Positions 38,599 to 51,307 of a DNA stretch of 64,000 bases are shown in pieces. Numbering within the stretch: position 1 is the first letter of the stretch; each line of letters begins with the position of its first letter. The notes beneath the pieces are model-generated. The model had not been told where the DNA came from. It worked only from the letters and a program-made list of their open reading frames with translations, and did no database searches. This stretch comes from Oculina patagonica (lineage: Eukaryota), in assembly GCF_052425735.1 (NCBI RefSeq), contig NC_135770.1:8990001-9054000 (forward strand), read 5' to 3'. The translations under genes and the position numbers were made by a program.

Positions 38599-39624
38599 CG
38601 GTGACGGTAAAAGGCGGAATGAGTTTATTATGCTAATGCGATTTGAACGGTGAAATGTTCCTTTTTAATATACAATCTTCGTTCACTGTCCAAAATCCAC
38701 GCGCGCCATTGGTTAAAATAGATCACGTGATTTTGCTTTACCTGTCGTCAGCAAACTCCGACAGTGCAGTATTGACAATAATGCACGAAAATCGTGCATT
38801 ATTGAAATTGTCTTCAGCTTTAAGGCTTGCAGAAGTGGAAGAAAAATATATTCCTCAAATAATCAACGATCCAGTACCAGACAAAATCGAAGAGGACAAC
38901 AACTTGAAGCGCTTTCACGTTCAAAGGTAAATAAAAGCTCAATAAATTCATTTTTGTGTGCGATTGACTTGCTTGTTGCTTGATTGACGACTTGATTTGA
39001 ACAAGCTTCTCGCTGACTGTATTTATGAACAACCACAGCTGATGAACGATTTTATGAACCATTTTAAGCTTTATTTCTATACGGCTTATTTGTGATTTTT
39101 ATATTAAGCTTATTGATCTAATCCTGTGTAATTATGTACTACACTATTTACTTTTAGGGCATTATTGTTTGAAGTTCGTTATTCGCTTGCAGTGTACTCA
39201 GATTGTATATTAAAAGGGTTAGAGTCTGTCCGTTCGTGTTTTGTTGACAAATACACGCACTTGCTGGCCTCACAATGAACTCGAAATTTTCAATACTGCA
39301 CTCGGCTACGCCTCGTGCAGTATTGAAAATTTCTCGTTCATTGTGCGGCCAGCGCGTGCGTGTATTTGTCAACAAAACACTCACAACAGTCTCTAACCCA
39401 TAAATATATTACATCGATGTTTAATATATGATGGAAATTTCCTCCTTGATGGTTTGAGCCCGCAGTATTTAAAAAGGCGGCTTCTCTTGAAAAACTGGCG
39501 CGCTTTTCAGTATAACTTATGTCATTGAGTCATTCCGCGAAAATTACATTCCGCATAATTATGCCATTCCACAAGTCATGCCACATGCCATTCCGCAAAC
39601 TCATTCCGCCTCTTACCCTCACCG
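38599..39624. mobile_element. Mutator-like non-autonomous element nested in another repeat
   Basis: TIR CGGTGA.GGTAA.AGGCGGAATGAGTTT and 9-bp TSD TACGCTTGT / TGCGCTTGT. The host repeat (~38340-39720) is an inverted relative of ~20590-21128. Confidence 0.75.
39216..39399. repeat. Foldback element with CTCG-type loop
   Basis: Imperfect arms of ~85 bp (GGGTTAGAG...CTCTAACCC) around CACTCGGCTACGCCTCGTG. Confidence 0.9.
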
Positions 39625-42600
39625 TGCGCTTGTGTTTATGCTTCCGTCGAAGCCGTTTTCACTATGAAATAAGAGCTGTAATGCTTGCGTTTGTGCTTGC
39701 GTCGCTAGTGAAAACCAGGCTTTAGTTGCAAATTTGCGTCCACTCACGTCTCCGTTTGGCTAGGACTTGCATCACTTGCGTTGACTTGCGTTCACTTTGT
39801 CGAGATCAAATTTGCACCCAAGTCAACGCAAGTTTTTCACCGTTTGGCCACCCAATTGCAGCGCGCGCAGTAGCATCGAAAACACAGGGAGCAGAGGAGT
39901 TCGGTTAGAATTGATCAATAAAATACGTCTTACCTCTTTGAAATGCACTCTTGCGTATATTTTATCCGTAATCAGCCCATTATGCAACTAAAAATGCACT
40001 CATTTGCGATGTTTCAATGCTTCCTGAATCTCAACAAAACCCGTACGATCGTTTTGACCGCCATTAGTTTGAAATGTATCGACCGCTGACTGATTTGACT
40101 GTGGTCTCTATAGGCGGCGTAACGCAAGAGTGCATTTCAAAGAGGTAGACCCATTTTAATATCGCTCTAGCTCCTCAGCTCTGCTCCCTGTGAGTAAACT
40201 TGTGAGTCCGTTTGGCCAGCCAACACAGGTCTGTACGCAAGTTCAACTTGCGACTACTTGCGTCTGCTTGCGTTAATGTTTGCCAATGGCCAGGGCTTAT
40301 AAATATTGCGAGAACTACGATTTCCAGAGTCAAAAAGCCATTTTCCCACTAGCTTGTGTTCATTTTTTAGCTTCACGCTCGAGGGACGAAATATAAAAGG
40401 TAGTGCTAGTAGTCGATTGAAATTCCATACAGCAAAGGAAACGCAAGCGCTGTCTGACAAATCTTTGTTGAAGCGCGTTATGTTTTAGGAGTAATAATGA
40501 TAATAATACTTTATTAATACTCCCGGGGGGGGGGGCCGAAATACTTTATTCAAATACAGAATACAAATGGTATTGTCAGTATTTGAAAGGGAGGACCATG
40601 ATGTTAGCCCTTTTTTTAGGTCCCCTAACTATAGCTAATATAACTATGGTTGGTATCTTTCTTTTCTTATTTTATTTTATGATGCGAGAAGAAAACGAAA
40701 TTTGAGAAAAATCGAGAGGCAAAGCTACAAGTAGCGTGAATTAACGATGCGAGAACTTTTTACCTCTGATTTGCATTTAAATTGAAAATTTCCGATCACG
40801 CCATCGTAGAATCTGAAGAAGAGCAGTATCTAACTTTTTAGATCCATCAAACATTTGCATAGCACCGAATAGTATCAGGTAATTTAAAAGTTCCAGTCGC
40901 TGTAACAGCTCAGCCGGTTGCACAAATGGTTTTCTACATTTACGGTTGATTCACTTTGAGCAGCCATCAATCCGACATCAGTCATTATAAAGATATGTAC
41001 AGAAAATACATTTCGAAACCCTTATGCTTTTACCATTACCGCTGTGCGTATGGTCGTTTGTCGGATCGGAGATGTTTCTTACCTTAGATGTTCCCAAACG
41101 GCGTCCAAAATTTCTGAGAAAGATTTTCAGTTGGGGAAAGATCTTCGTTCAGTCATGGTTCATGCTTTTTTGCTGTCCTTTTCGAGCAGAAGAGATGAAG
41201 CACATAGGAAAAACCAATAAGCAGCCAAGATTTTCATATTTAGACACTCATTAGTATAATTTATGAACGAAGGTTACGCTTCAGTGTACCCGACAAGAGA
41301 CCGGCATCTCTCCTTCCACAATAACTGACTTTAATGTTCATAAAAACGGTCCCGGTACTGCGGATAAGGGAAATGATTAAAGTCCCTTAAAAAAACCTAA
41401 TTTCGTATTTCAATTAAATGCTTCGTTTCAACTTGCATGTCCTCCAACATGTTCCACTTCATAAGAGCGGAACACTGAATTATTGTTGTGACCACTCGCG
41501 TCATCCTTCGCATGTCTTCAAAGGAAGCATTCGATCGTGCAAAGAAAATAAAACAATCCAGATTAGGCTTTCCACACGAGAGACTGTGACACAAATGAGT
41601 AGGGAATACATCTCCACACATCTTCACGCAGGATCGGGATTTTTTTTCGTGTGCGGGACACCCTATATATACTACATACCATAGAGATTGAATTTTTCAC
41701 CAGAGAGGATTGAAACTCACCACACGGCAGCAAATTTCCGGGTAGCCGGTCAGATAAATGAAGACTTGAGTTTTTAATTACTGAGGAGCGCAATGATGTT
41801 GAACGTTTCAAAGACTTTGACTCCAGGTTAAGAGTCAGAGATAGAGTTATTGTAAAGATCTGCAGCTTTTGTTCGAGTACAAGGTCTTTGTAGTGTTTGG
41901 GTATAAAAATTTTTCACCGGGATATTAGGTAGAGTATAAAACAAAATGCTTGAAGACCCTCTGACAGAAAGGCATTTGATTCCCCGTGCCATGTATTAAA
42001 GCCAAGACACGTCTATTAAATCCTTTCATATTAAAACAAGGGTTTAAAAGAATCCAAGTTTTAATACATTTGTTATTATTGTAAACAATATTAGGCACTT
42101 TAAGTGTTCTAATATTAAAATTACCTACCGCGCTCAAGATAGAGGTCTACGCATACGCGTTTATTGCATCCTTTCATACTAAAACACTGATTTACTACCC
42201 GGTGCACGCCTTAAAGCTAATATAATTACTCATGCGAAAAAGGTAGGTTTTTGCACGGTATGTAAATATTTTGATAAAATAATGAACAACGAAAGAGAGG
42301 AGGGGTACGGAAGTTGAGTAATACGTTTTGTTTCTGTCTGTTCGCGACGGAAAACTTGAGTGGAAAAGGAAAGCTCTTGAACAACGCGCAAAGTAGAAAA
42401 TTAATAACCATTAAGCTCGCAACTCGCCCTTTTTCGGCCCGTTTACTGACTAGGAGCCATGTAGGTCTGTTTCATTTGTTTCCCCGTGCCTGGTGTTAAA
42501 AGCCAAGACACGTCTATTGCATTCTTTCATATTAAAACAAGGGTTTCACTTGATATCACTTCAAATTTAGACTGCTTAAGTCAGTCTCACTGAATTGACA

Positions 42601-43473
42601 TCACTTCAAATTGGCCCAAAGAAGCCGGCAAACGAGAAAGAACATGACACAGCAACTGCGTAAGTCAATTTTATTCATAAAACGTTCGAATTTATACCTC
42701 GTAAAACAAAATTGTTTCATTCCCATATAACCTGGAAACCCTAATAAAATTGCGTCTTAGGGTACTTTGGCTCTTATATGTTAGCTTGGGCTGCCTGTGC
42801 ACAAATGCGAGAGTGCTTGTTTAGCCAGTTGGCCTAAATGCTTCTCTTTTCATTTTCAAAAGCCATTGTTTTTTCAGCTTTGGATTTGTTGGAAACTTTA
42901 ACGTACTTACTTTCAGTTCGACTTAGAATTATTTGTGCAGCTTATTGGTGCACAAAATACCATGATGTTAACTCAGGTGTGCTTCAAAACTGAAGGCTTT
43001 GAATTTCCCGAAATCTTACAGAACACCAATAATGACGTCATAATTTTTTTTCCGTCATTTTCTCGACAATTTTCCCGAGCACTCGACGATTATTAAGGCC
43101 AAACATAAGCACTTTTCAGCTTGCAATATCTCTGCGATGCAACGTCCAATTAAGTTGAAACTTCGGAATATGTTTATTTCATAACATGTACCAGCTAAAT
43201 AAAACTTACGTCTTTGTGGCCAAAGTATAAACCAAAAAACAGGTTAAAGCTATTGTGTTTTGTGCACGGACAAGACCAAAAAATGCGAACTAAACAATGA
43301 ACTTTGTCAAGCTATTCGCCATACCCAGTTAGCAACCATTCGACAGCTACTACGCACACTCGGTTGCCCGGCACCGTTATGCCGCATTTTTTAGTCGCGA
43401 AACAAAGGAAGTTTCTTCCCCCCCCCCCCCCCCGAGCTGTACCAAGAAAACGTGTGTTAAGAAAATGCTTTGT

Positions 43474-45638
43474 TTAGCTCCACTCGTCATCGTCTGTTTC
43501 GCTGTCTGCCTTGCAATTTTTTCGTCTCTCCAGCAGTTTTGATATCGCCATAGAAACAAGAAGCAAAAATATCACAGTTGTAGTTACAACCCCGAACACC
43601 AGGAACGTCCAGGACCCTCCAATGATATCCATAAGATACCCGCTTATTATGGTCCCTAATCCATAGCCAATACCAAGATAGCACGAGGACACAATACCTG
43701 TAAATGAAAAGAAACATTCATTTTCAGTATGGTTCAAAACTATAATCTTCTTGTAATTCATTTTCAGTGATCTGTTGCGCGAGCCACGCGCCACGCGCAA
43801 AAAACTTACAGAATGTTTTTTGTCGAATAAACAAAAAATTAACTTTCACCGCGTTGTCTTAATAAAGACTACCAGCCTTGCTGGGTACCAAAACTCAAAA
43901 AAGGAGGCCAATATATTTTTGACAAGCGATCTTGAGACCATAATGGAGCAAGAAAGGAAAAATCTGAGACACCGTTTTTTAGACCAATATATGTAGATCA
44001 AATTCCACATAAAAGTTTAGGCGCTCACGTAAATGTGTTCTCAAATAAAACTAATATTGCGAACATCATAATTGCAAACAAAATGCTGCCGTTGCTTATT
44101 ATGGTCTATATAATCAAAGCAAAATCGAAAATTATAATCTTTATTCAATAAGCTTTCAGAAAATATATACTTTATTGGGGTTACCATTGATGGTTTGCAC
44201 ACAATTTCACTTGGAATGCAAACGCCAATTTTCCTTCCGTGATACCTTAATAAGTCAAAACTTGCTACAATTACTATCATTACCGTTCATTTATTTCTAC
44301 CCAAATTGTTTCTTTTTAGAGATATTATGCCCACCTTGTAATGTTGCTGAATATTCGTCCGGCGATCTTTCTTTGAAATATAAGATGCAAGCTGGCATGG
44401 AAAATGCAAATGCAACATATTGCATTATTTCTGGAATAATGGCTAACCAAACGTTTGACAGCAGTCCATAAGAAACGAACGCTACCACATAAATGGCAAG
44501 AGACAAGTTAATTGTGTTTAGAACTCCTAATTTTCTTATCACGCTTCCTGAATAACCAAACGCAAAGGCAGCTGCGATGTTACGACTTGCACCAGCCACG
44601 CCCATGACCCACGTGGCTTGAAATGGGTCGACGTCAGTCAGATACCAGAACATAAACGTGATAAATACGCCTTCCACTATTCCAAGGTAAAGAACAATGA
44701 AAATGAATGCAATGTTATGAAAGTTGACCAAGACATCTTTTAAGGCTGTTTCCGGTTTTTCTTTTGAAATTATACGACGCGACTTTGTTGTCCCTATTTC
44801 ATCTTGCTTAAAGTCTATTTTTAGACCAACAACGAAAGCACCCAGCATTATAATTGCAAAACCGAACATGGTGAAGCCGTAGTCGTCCTGAATAGGTACA
44901 TTGCAAACTTCCACGGTGTTTAATTTCGCTAGAGGCGTGACTATGATATAAAGAAGTATTTGTCCAATGTTTCCCCACAGTCTAAACTTGCCATAGTTGG
45001 AAGATCCGTTGTCGAGTTTTTCTAAAAGAGCTGAATCTGCAAGATTTTTTGTTGGTGCAGCAATGAATTCTGTGACAATGAAGAGCACCGAAAGAATAAG
45101 GAAAATCTGCAACAGATCTGGACTTTGATAAGGATCTACTTCATCGCTCGCCGTTTTTGAATTAAATTCAGGCAGTACAAGCCTGGATCTCATTTAAAAA
45201 GGAGTAATCGTTGTTGGTATTAACTGAATTTAGTAACTTCGACGTCAGAATACCAGACTTGTTCTGAAATGTCCCGTTAGGAGGTTTCTCTATCTTCGCC
45301 ATGGCAACTTTTGATTGGCATTCTGGCTCAGAGGGTATTGGAATTAGTAGCAGTAAAGGTGCTATCGTGTGTGTTGCTATGCTAACAAGAAAAAAGAGTT
45401 TCCTCGAGTTTGTTTCGTCGGCCACGTATCCCATAATAGGCGCTCCTGCGCCTCGCGCGAAAGGAATCATTCCTAAAAGAATTCCCACATAACTTGCACT
45501 GAGTCCCAACTGTTTAAGATAGATGGGAAGATAAACCAGCTTCGCAGCGAAAGAAGAAAGGAAGCAAAAGTAAAACGCTTGAAAGGTAAAGTTGATTCTG
45601 TCGAATGTCCACTTGTTTCCTCTTTCTTTCTCTGCCAT
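43474..45638 (-). pseudogene. Second MFSD6-like copy with a +1 frameshift
   Basis: Collinear with 34476-36866 (exons 45638-44335 and 43697-43474). An extra base at ~45187 (CTGGATCTC vs CTGGTCTC) gives a stop at 45168. Confidence 0.75.
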
Positions 45639-46739
45639 AGTCGGTGATCCAGTATGAATTATAATTAGTTTCAAAATCTGCAACAGAAACAGAGGTAAAT
45701 AAAAAAGCTTGAAACATAAAAGATATAATTGTTACTATTAGAGTGTAAAGGAATAAAGAAAAGTGTGTCTTTTAAAGTTTCAAATCATTCTGCAGTAATT
45801 TACACTCAGCCTTAATTTTCAGAGCTGTCGTGTCAGAGTATGGCGAGACAAGCCAAACAAACCTTAAGGTGACTGATAACTGTTTTCAATAATTTACAGA
45901 CCTTACAGACCTTACAGAACTTTGATGGGTCAGTACTCAAACACATTATCAACTACTATTACAGAAATGGTTTGAAACAAATACCCTATCATTGGCCTAC
46001 AAGTTTTGATCATTTTCTTAAGTGGTTACCATAGCAACAATATAACCTGTTACAAACACCCTTAATTTTAGGTTTCAGTGCTTACAACTCGAAAATGAGC
46101 CCGGTGACCCCCATTTTTTATTGTTGAGTTGTGATCAGCACGTCATAATACAAAGTTTGGCAAAGTTTAAAGAACTTCTGTCAGAGCGGTTCCGAGCCAC
46201 CTTAATATTTTGATCCGAAGTCCGGAGTCCAGCGCGCTAGCCAATAGGCCACCACGCCTCCTATACGAACATATAAATTAAGGTACATGGCCCTAAATCA
46301 AGTGACGTTCACTACTCGTTTTTTTCTTTCTTTTCTTTTTTTTTCGTTCCATGTTGACTGTGACGGCAAAATGTTGATAATGCGATTTACAACAAAGACG
46401 CTTGCTTTGTTTTGGATTAAATCATTGTTATAAATAAAATGTGCATCATATGCATTAGCCCTTAATCACAGGTTTGACTGTCTGTCTATTTTAAATTTCA
46501 AAAGTTATTTACAATGTGGCTAGTAAAATTTTATTTGTGGAAGTTTTTTTAGTGTCTTTATGAAGTGTCATCCTCATAAAACAATCTTAAGGCTTTATGC
46601 AGCTTATTTTAGTTGTTACAGTCAAACTTCTTTTATTCAGCCTTTCCATACATGCAGCGTAGGAAGAACAAGCGCTGTTTGTGGATAATCTTGATGAAAC
46701 ACGTTATGTTTCAGCTCGACTAGAGAAGTTCTCTTCTTA

Positions 46740-47271
46740 CCTTATTACATGATTTTTTGGCGTCACGTTAATTTCGCGATTCTAAAAAAATTGCGAAATT
46801 AACGTGAAGCGAACAATAAGTGTTTCGAACATAACATGACGCGAAAAGATTGAATTTAGCACCACTGCCGGAAGGAAATAATTTTCAATGTAAATGGATG
46901 TTGTCGTTAATTGACTTAAGAACAATTACTCATGCACGTACGTACAAGCATGACCTACTTGTAGACATTATGAGAACGTTAACTGCTCTGTTGTCGCTAT
47001 TGCCGAGATTTAGTCCTGCCCTTGCGTTTTTGTTAATTTTTACGTTATTGTTCCTTTGATGAAGTAGTTTTATTTAATTCAAAGGCATGTTTTAACATGC
47101 CTTTGAATAATATTGCCAAGGAAATGTAGATTGGGTCTTACTCGGAAACGCGAAATTAAAGTGATTCAAGATACAAAATTTTCGCAAAATCGCGAAATTT
47201 AAGTGTCGAGAAACTGATGCGCACCTCAAAATCGCGAAATTAACGTGTCGCGAAAATTATATGTAATAAGG
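46740..47271. mobile_element. TA-flanked MITE
   Basis: TIR CCTTATTACAT. The paralogous site at ~40668 is empty. A truncated relative lies at ~26897-27300. Confidence 0.85.
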
Positions 47272-48790
47272 TATTTTGTTCTATGATGCGAGAAGAAAAC
47301 AAAATTTGAGAAAACTCGAGTGGCACAAGTAGCGAGAATAGCCGATGCGAGAGCTTTTTACCTCTGATTTGCATTTAAATTGAAAATTTTCGATCACGCC
47401 ATCGTAGGATCTGAAGAAGAGCAGTATCTAACTTCTCAGATCCATCAAACAATTGCAAAGTATCAGCTAAAGTACTTGTCGCTGTAACAGCTCGACCAGT
47501 GGCACAAGACAGAAAAGGTTTTTTGTATTTACGGTTGATTCACTTCGAGAAGCCATCAATCCGCTAACAGTCATTATGAAGATATGTACAGAAAATACAT
47601 TTCGAAACCCCAATGCTTAACCATTACCGATGTGCGTATGGCCATTTGTCTGATCGGAGAGGTTTCTTACCTTAGATGTCCCCAAACGGCGTCCAAAAAT
47701 TCCGAGAAAGATTCTTGAGGAAAGATCTTCGTTCAGTCATGGTTCATGCTTTTTTGCTGCCCTTTTCAAGCAGAAGAGATGAAGCACATAGACATTCATT
47801 AGTATAATTTATGAACGAAGGTTACGCTTCAGTGTACCCGACAAGAGACCGGCATCTCTCTTTCCACAATCATTCCACAATAACTTTTACCATTACCGAT
47901 GTGCGTATGATCATTTGTCGGATCGGAGAGGGGTCTTACCTTTTACCTTAGATGTTCCCAAACGGCGTCCTAAAATTCCGAGAGAGATTTTTGGGGAAAG
48001 AGCTTCGTTTAGTCATGGGTCATGGTTTTTTGCTGTCCTTTTCAAAATAAAAGAGATGAAGCACATAGGAAAAACCAATAAGCAGCCAAGTTATTTTCAT
48101 ATTTAGACATTGTTCACGAAAGAAGGTTACGCTTCAGCGTCCCGATAAGAGACCGGCACTTCTCTTTCCACAATAGCTGACTTTAATGTTCATAAAAACG
48201 CTCCCAATACTGCGGACGAGAGAAATGATTAAAGTCCCTTAAAACAACCTAATTTCGTATTTTAAAACGCTACATTTCAACTTGCATGTCCTACAACATG
48301 TTCCACTTCATAAGAGCAGAACACTGAATTATTGTTGTGAGCGCACACGTCATCCTTTTAATGCCTTCAAAGGAAGCATTCGATCGTGGAAGGAAAATAA
48401 AATAATCCAGATTAGGCTTTCCATACGAGAGACTGTGACACAAATGAGTAAGGAATACATCTCCACTTATCTTCACCGGATCGGGATTTTTTTTTCGTGT
48501 GCGGGACACCCTGTACTACATACTATAGAGATTGAATCTTTCACCAGAAAGGATTGAAACTCACCACACGGAAGCAAATTCGGTACCGGTATAAAAGAAG
48601 ACTCGAGATTCATTTACTGAGGAGCGCAATGATGTTGAAAGTTTCAAAGACTTTGACAAGAGAGTTATTGTAAAGATCTGCAGTTTTGTTCAAGTAAAAG
48701 GTCTTAGTAGTTTTGGGCTATAAAAAATTAGTCACTGGGCTATCAGGTAGATAAAAAACAAAATGTTTGAAGACCCTCTGACAGTAAGGC
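47272..48790. repeat. Duplicated upstream region of the MFS genes (paralogous to ~40670-41975)
   Basis: Long collinear similarity, including minus-strand donor-like sites (CAGAG|GTAAAA, CTAAG|GTAAG). This copy has an extra ~270-bp internal tandem duplication (~47620-48170). Confidence 0.9.
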
Positions 48791-48890
48791 ATAGGAACAA
48801 CTTCCAAATGAACTGTTGTGCAGCATATGTTACCACAAAAAGTACTAAAAAAAGGTGTCGAAGAAACAGCGAGAAAACAGTCCGGCTTAA

Positions 48891-49545
48891 GGACGTTCGC
48901 GCTAATTGTTTATGCGCATCCCTACTACGCACGTAATTCATGTCGCAACGTCATGCCACGCCATACATTGAGCGCGCGCGCTGAGTAAAATTTCTAAGAA
49001 CATATAGGGTGAGTTGTGGTTCCGCTAGCTTCGCTTGCAATTTCCTCTCTTAAATGGTCGGTGACCCCTACTTTTTTCTTAACGGATAACTTTTGCTAAT
49101 TAATATCTACGTTTTGCGAGAAAATGATTTTGATTTTGATTTTGATTTGATTTTTTTGTCAAACTGACGGTTTGAATTCCACTTTTTGAGCTTTCCTTTT
49201 TGCCGTACGATAGTTTCAAATGTGTTTTACCAGGGTTAGGTTTTCCAAAAAAGATGGCAAAACTAGGAGTTATTTACGCAACTGACGCACTTCTACAAAA
49301 TGTGACTAATATCGTTATCATCCGTTTACTCATCTTCGTTAGTTTTAACTATAAACCCTGTAAACCATGCTGAATTATGTGCGCCAATTTTTCGAAATCA
49401 GGGTAGTTTTCCACACGCTTTTTCTTTGAAACAAAGTCGGTGACCCCAACTTTTTTTTGCATTTCTGACACAAGTAACTCATCATCTGACCACAGCAAAA
49501 AAATTAAAGAAATCTATCGAGTAGAAAATTTTTGCGCGAACGTCC
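48891..49545. mobile_element. TTAA-flanked MITE (Kolobok-like)
   Basis: TTAA|GGACGTTCGCGC...GCGCGAACGTCC|TTAA. Confidence 0.8.
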
Positions 49546-49798
49546 TTAAAAGTGAAAAAACGAGCTTGCAAGTTCTTTCCTTAATGAGATGCAGTTTCAC
49601 CAAACCGGACTCATACGAGTTGACTTGGTCCCTTCTTTATAAATGAGACATAGTTTCGCCAAGAGGATGCCGCCTCTTCCGGCAGGCTATCTCATTTTAC
49701 TTCCAAAATTCTACTACTACTACTAATGCAAACTTCAGGCGATTTCATGACCAGTACTTTGAAACGAACTTCGTGCGCAATAAATGCAATTACTAATA

Positions 49799-50220
49799 CC
49801 TTTAGGTTACTATTGTTAGCGGTTACTAATTTTAGCGATTTTAGTGAGTAGGGCGAAAATCGCTAACTTTAGTACTCGCTAAAGTTGTCTAGATCAAATT
49901 TAATTCGCGTTTAATGTAAGTAACTCCCCTCCCCCCCCCCCCCCCCCCCCCATACACACTAAAAAAACCACAAAATTTAATATTTTGAAAAAGTTTTTAA
50001 AAAATAGATGCCTGACCCATTTTCCGACATTTGTATTGACTTTTTTCTTTTTGGCAATGCAAATGTTCGTAAAATTTCAAGTGAGTTTGTTCTTTTACTG
50101 AACATACTGACACGATAACGCTAATTTTTTGGAAAATCGCAAAATTAAATAGTCGCTAAATCTTGCTCAAAGAAAATCGCTAAAAGTGATTAGTAGCCGC
50201 TAACAGTAATAACCTTAAGG
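49799..50220. mobile_element. TA-flanked MITE
   Basis: TA|CCTTTAGGTTACTATTGTTAGCGG...CCGCTAACAGTAATAACCTTAAGG|TA. Confidence 0.75.
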
Positions 50221-51307
50221 TAGTTTTTGCGCTTTGTTATATTTAGCAAATCATCGTATAGAGTCAGCTATTTTTACTTCTTCTACCTTATAATTTTATT
50301 ATGGTACTATTATATCAGTTCCATAACCGCCTCTGACAACTTAAAGCGGGAAGTTGTACACATTGATTCAAAAAATAAAATCCTTAATGTTTTATTCAGG
50401 ATGTTTTTTGATGGCAGTATAAAATGCGGTGTGGTATATGATATTTTCTTCTGAACTTGTAGAGCGGGTTTAAAGCTAAATATCGACAGCCATTATGACA
50501 TGTCTTTCGCTTTCTTTTAATAATTGAGCGCTGGATTCTGATTTACTGGGTTTCCGATATTTTTTTCAGTTATATGAATTTTCTTGTTACAAACAATCCT
50601 ATATATACAAAAAATTGTGTTTGAGCAAAAGCTTGTGTTTGAACATCGTTCTCTTTTAATTGTCCTGTCTTTATTATCGTGAGTCGCAAATTAATATTGC
50701 CCAAAATGACCAGAAAAGTACACAGTTTTAAACTTGGTTTAATGTAATATCATACTTATATTTTATTAATTCACCTTGTTTGCGATAACTATAAAAATAC
50801 ATTAAACATCCAAAAGCTATATAATCCTAAAAAAATTAATAATCTTAACCTTTTTAATTCATTTGCTCTACCTCCTGTATAATAAAAATTATAATACACT
50901 TCGTTCAAATGCGTGTACCTTAGTGCCAACCGATTTTCAATTACATAGGAAAATGAAATTCAAATGTATTTCGTTTTTCATTTTTCTTCCCCGCTGTAAA
51001 AATGGAATTTAAGTCCTTTTTTCAAAATTCTTTTTTTTTTCACCCATGAAAAATGACATCCGACTTTCATTTTCGTTTTTAAATGTTCCTTACACGACGG
51101 AAAACGAAATTCGAATTCACTTTATGATTTTTGTTTTTCGTTTTTCTATATCTAAAAAAACGGATTTGAATTTTCTTTTTGTTTTGTAGTTTTCGGATGG
51201 AATTTGGAAAACAAACTGAATTTAACATTCGTTTTTCGTTTTTCCTTTTTGGCCAAAAGCATTGAAACTGACAATCTTTGTTTTGGCGGGAATATTTAAG
51301 AAACAAA

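Noticed and set aside
41397-41684. Small ORFs that seem conserved with 48282-48557
   Set aside because: The similarity appears on both strands and the starts and stops differ. Recent DNA duplication explains it without coding constraint.
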